Position numbers and translations under genes: made by a program. Of a DNA stretch of 20,000 nucleotides, positions 17,098-20,000 are shown piece after piece; within the stretch, counting starts at the first letter, position 1; each line of letters starts with the position of its first letter. The notes beneath the pieces were generated by a model that ran no database searches, was not told the origin of the DNA, and saw only the letters and a program-made list of their open reading frames with translations. The DNA comes from an uncultured virus (IMG/VR IMGVR_UViG_3300050821_005794). Its lineage: Duplodnaviria; Heunggongvirae; Uroviricota; Caudoviricetes. The DNA lies in IMG/VR virus record IMGVR_UViG_3300050821_005794. One strand, given 5' to 3'.

Positions 17098-17312
17098 CCG
17101 GAATTGTTACCGCTTTCGCGGGATCAGTCATTTCTGCTGATCTCTCATAGTTGTGTTCCCATGAGAGCAGACTATCGCATCATCCCGAAGGATGTTCTCT
17201 CGCTTAGTCGTTCACGGTGCTTTCGCTTCCGCCTTGTTTGCATTTCAGCATCCAAGTCAATTAGAGAGAATTATCTACTGACGGATTACGCCATCAGGAG
17301 TCCATTTAATTG
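17098..17312 (-). ncRNA. Group I intron D in the capsid gene, ORF-less, 215 nt
   Basis: P1 AGUU|CA...UGGACU; P3 UUCUCUC/GAGAGAA; P7 ACGACUA/UAGUCU; UUCG-capped P8; ends in G. Clearly homologous to intron E. Confidence 0.9.
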
Positions 17313-17557
17313 AACTACGTTGCACTCTATGTTCCTCCAGTTACCGTCATTAATCGCGTTGTCACCACGTCCGCCAAGGCGAACTGCAATGACACCGTCT
17401 TTACCGAAAATATAAGTCCGGTACGCGACCACGCCAGACGAACTCTGATACGAAGAAGTCAACGTAACAAGGTTCGACTGGAAGAAAGCCACGCCCGACG
17501 CGGGGAATTCAAGTGTGTCGGCCAGGTCGATAGAAACGAGGTCGTCCATACGTTGTA
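17313..17557 (-). CDS. Major capsid protein exon (245 nt)
   Basis: (L)QRMDDLVSID...GVAFFQSN...YRTYIFGKDG...IECNVV; corresponds to track ORF 17286..17549. Confidence 0.88.
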
Positions 17558-18532
17558 CAATTGTATTTTAAGATGCCGCCATCTCTGACGGCTCGCTCTC
17601 ACGGTTGCCCGCGAGTTTAGACTGTATCATCTTTACTGAAGAGATTTGAAGAGTTTAGCCCGTTTTTCGTTGTTGTGTTCCCCGCTCATTCGTAAAAATT
17701 GGAGAACAACATTAGCATTATGCTTTTTGATTACCAAATACGGAAGCATGTTCAAGATAAACTTCTCTTGATTCGGTGCCCCATAGATAGCCCAATCATA
17801 TTGTTTTTTGTGTATCTCACTTCGTTTGCGGGGATAAATTGATCCTCCGTAAATAGATTTAAGATACCGAATGATCGGTTCAAAGGTGTTGGTGGCGCTT
17901 ACTTCTACGACGTAATGGTTGCCCCACTTCTCATCGCGGCACTTAATTGTGAATGTGCCTTCTGCGTCTGCCAAACCAGCATAATAGGCGTTAACTAAAT
18001 TCTGTTTTTCAGGAAAGTTTAGCGTTTCAGTCGTTACGGAGTCTTTGTGATTCGCACTGTAGCAACGAGTATACAATTCAAATCTCTTTTCGGGATTCTT
18101 TTTGCCGTTTAGGGCATAGTATTCCCGAAAGATTTTGGCTTGCTCTCTTTTTTGCTGCAAATACGGAATAATTAAGGACAGAACCCAATCTGAATGCTTG
18201 GCACCTTGCGGCGACCAAACATAGCTAGTTTTGTGTTCATCCGTAGCATCTCTGCCAATCGACCACGACCCCCCGAAATGCTTAACTAGCCACTTCATTA
18301 TGGGTAGATACGTGTTATAAATATGGAAGTCTGCTACGTACTGGCTGCATCCATTGCTATCCTCGCCGTGGCGGATATAAAGACTTCCGTCGCCGTCAAT
18401 AAGACCTGCAATGTACGCTTTAGTTTTATCCTTCACTAAGATTTCCTCGGTATTGTCTTCTATCATTAGATGCTTCCTACTGTAGAAGGGTTTCACCGAT
18501 ATAGCTAAATTTATTCAGGGCTACTTTTGTTA
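17558..18532 (-). mobile_element. Group I intron C (975 nt) with a double-motif LAGLIDADG ORF
   Basis: P1 CAGGGU|...GCCCUG; P10 GUA/UAC; P3 UUUAGC/GCUAAA; P4 UAUCGGUGAA/AAUACCGAG; P7 ACGACUG/CAGUCU; ends CAAUUG. Confidence 0.9.
17633..18436 (-). CDS. Intron-encoded LAGLIDADG homing endonuclease, two motifs (~267 aa)
   Basis: YIAGLIDGDG and YYAGLADAEG motifs, each followed by a PYL..K motif. Probable GTG start at 18436 after GAGGA. Confidence 0.92.
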   Translation of the reverse strand: MKDKTKAYIAGLIDGDGSLYIRHGEDSNGCSQYVADFHIYNTYLPIMKWLVKHFGGSWSIGRDATDEHKTSYVWSPQGAKHSDWVLSLIIPYLQQKREQAKIFREYYALNGKKNPEKRFELYTRCYSANHKDSVTTETLNFPEKQNLVNAYYAGLADAEGTFTIKCRDEKWGNHYVVEVSATNTFEPIIRYLKSIYGGSIYPRKRSEIHKKQYDWAIYGAPNQEKFILNMLPYLVIKKHNANVVLQFLRMSGEHNNEKRAKLFKSLQ

Positions 18533-18611
18533 ACCCTGGTACAGTGTGTTTTAAGATATCTACCGCAGAGTTATTGCTAGAATCGTTAAGCAAATCGCCA
18601 ACGGTGAAAGG
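18533..18611 (-). CDS. Major capsid protein exon (79 nt)
   Basis: PFTVGDLLNDSSNNSAVDILKHTVPG plus 1 nt; completes the GVIH|P motif. Confidence 0.88.
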
Positions 18612-19319
18612 TAATTGTGTTTGTAGTCCCGATTTAGATAGGCGCGACCAAATTATGGGTTGTGTTAGTTAAATCGTCACAGATCGTTGCTGTGCCCCGA
18701 TTCACATCGGGGGCGCTCTCGTCCTTGCGGGCGAGTTCAGACTCTATCTTCTGTTCATTTTGTGAACAGTCTAGCGTATTAGTCGTTACGGAGTCTCCAC
18801 GTTTATTGAGGCTGGATAAACGAAGTCTGAGTTCTTCTCGTTTTTCAGGATTAGTTCGCTCCCCGTACATAGAGATGCGAATATATTCCAAGAGGATTTT
18901 CGCCTGTTCATCTTTAATAACGAGATACGGCAGAACCCCAAGAAGTACTTTTTCCAGATTCTTCGCTCCCTTGGGCCGCCAATCATATTCTACTTTGTGG
19001 ACTGTGGACCTTCGGGATTTTGTATAGTAAACACCGCCAAAATTCTTAATGAGCCACTTCATCAACTTTTCGTTTGTATTATAAACGCTGAGTCTGTGAT
19101 TCATCATCCAGTAATCCGTATTCAAATACTTACGGGTTTTCTGTAATCGGCGGTAAATACTAATACAACCTTCACCATCAATAAGGGCGGCCAGATACGA
19201 CCATTTTGTTTTATCGTTTGTCATTTGGAGTTTCCTCGGTATTGCCTTTCAACTTAGATGCTAACTTGGTTGAAAGGGTTTCACCGATTTAGTTAGATTT
19301 TACATCCACCATTTCATTA
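18612..19319 (-). mobile_element. Group I intron B (708 nt) with a single-motif LAGLIDADG ORF; terminal nucleotide A
   Basis: P1 CAUCCAU|...GUGGAUG; P10 UGAAAUG/CCUUUCA; P4 AUCGGUGAA/AAUACCGAG; R CCGUAACGACUAAU; S AAGAUAGAGUCUGA; ends CACAAUUA. Confidence 0.88.
18634..19224 (-). CDS. Intron-encoded LAGLIDADG homing endonuclease, single motif (196 aa)
   Basis: YLAALIDGEG, KNFGG and LPYLVIK motifs; SD GAGGA. The C-terminal ~55 aa are encoded by the ribozyme core and P9 region. Confidence 0.92.
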   Translation of the reverse strand: MTNDKTKWSYLAALIDGEGCISIYRRLQKTRKYLNTDYWMMNHRLSVYNTNEKLMKWLIKNFGGVYYTKSRRSTVHKVEYDWRPKGAKNLEKVLLGVLPYLVIKDEQAKILLEYIRISMYGERTNPEKREELRLRLSSLNKRGDSVTTNTLDCSQNEQKIESELARKDESAPDVNRGTATICDDLTNTTHNLVAPI

Positions 19320-19557
19320 ATGGATGACTCCGGCCATTAAACTTTCTGCCTCGTTGAAGGGCAGCACTGCTCGGCCACCGAGTGATTGAACTTGTGCGCG
19401 AATATTGGATAGCGCCAAGGACGTGCCGCCAGCAATCTTTACGGAAACCGCACTGTCGATGCTGTTAGCACCATCAGCTACGGCTCGTACGATTGCGGAC
19501 AGGGTTTGTCCAAGACGATAACTAAGTTCGCGGCCAACGTTCTCTACAACTGGATCA
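19320..19557 (-). CDS. Major capsid protein exon (238 nt), N4-gp56-like
   Basis: Manual translation DPVVENVGRELSYRLGQTLSAIVRAVADG...MAGVIH. The DP.....L......T pattern and IHP motif recall N4-gp56-family capsids. Confidence 0.85.
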
Positions 19558-20000
19558 CATATTTGTTTTGGATTTCCGCATCACTGCGGGATCGCTCTTA
19601 TGGTCACCCATAAGGTTCAGTCTCTATCTTTATTTCTTGAATTGACTAAGTTGATGAGCAATCTCACATCTTCCTTCGGGCATTGCAATGAGCCCCAAGC
19701 GGACAAAAGAGAGAAGTAACTTTGCTTGTTCTTTTTTCGCAATCAGATAAGGTACCATCTTCAGGAGAAATCTTTCAATAGGTTTATTTGTGGAAAGCGA
19801 CCAAGTATGTTCCCACTTTCTGTCTTTGCTGCGCAAAAAGGAAACAAGGCCGCCACCGTAAGTTTTCTGCATAATCTTCGGTATTCTTTTGACCGAATTT
19901 CCTGCCGAAATTCGCGGCTTATACCACACTCCCGAACCTCTCGAATATTCTGATTGCTTAGTCTCATATATTCCCAAACTACCTTCGCCATCAAAGAAAC
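19558..20000 (-). mobile_element. Group I intron A, 3' part (5' end outside the window)
   Basis: S-like AAGAUAGAGACUGA directly after the ORF stop; P9 CUUAUGG-GUGA-CCAUAAG; CCGCA-GUGA-UGCGG; ends AAAUAUG before the exon. Confidence 0.85.
19630..20000 (-). CDS. Intron-encoded LAGLIDADG endonuclease, C-terminal part
   Basis: The frame is open to the window edge and reads (G)FFDGEGSLGIY...; contains YGG and VPYLIAKKEQA motifs. Confidence 0.9.
   Translation of the reverse strand, partial: FFDGEGSLGIYETKQSEYSRGSGVWYKPRISAGNSVKRIPKIMQKTYGGGLVSFLRSKDRKWEHTWSLSTNKPIERFLLKMVPYLIAKKEQAKLLLSFVRLGLIAMPEGRCEIAHQLSQFKK

Noticed and set aside
16754..17313. Two similar plus-strand ORFs (16754..16972 and 17095..17313) as duplicated genes
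   Set aside because: They are the antisense of homologous introns E and D; the similarity comes from RNA conservation.
17633..20000. LAGLIDADG domains as inteins
   Set aside because: They have their own stops (and, where visible, their own starts), lack intein terminal motifs, and sit inside group I RNA cores.
1..20000. CRISPR array, tRNA or rRNA genes
   Set aside because: No regularly spaced direct repeats or cloverleaf seen. The strong hairpins at 16760-17310, 17560-17630, 18690-18740 and 19570-19620 are intron helices.

Overview
Morphogenesis (late) region of a tailed, podovirus-like bacteriophage, read mostly on the minus strand. Transcription order is right to left: major capsid protein (N4-gp56-like), three hypothetical genes, a TPR/GT9-like glycosyltransferase, two paralogous head-tail adaptor-like genes with an HNH nuclease and a histidine phosphatase between them, a 1154-aa tail nozzle/stabilisation protein, a small hypothetical gene, a small membrane protein, a GNAT-like protein and internal virion/ejection-type proteins. 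The ORF track misses the main feature. The 3' 703 nt of the capsid gene are split into five exons by five group I introns. Three introns carry LAGLIDADG homing endonucleases, and in two of these the ORF visibly reads through the ribozyme core. Two are ORF-less minimal introns of about 215 nt. Splicing by the P1 U.G and terminal-G rules rebuilds a continuous 233-aa capsid C-terminus, but one intron appears to end in A rather than the near-universal G. Two, probably three, late genes appear to start at ATC behind good Shine-Dalgarno sites. Three inverted genes have sigma70-type promoter matches overlapping the RBS or start of the divergent late gene. A GCATCTAA octamer precedes three endonuclease genes. 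A 70-aa module is inserted three times in two tail genes. All family assignments are motif recognition by eye; no searches were run.
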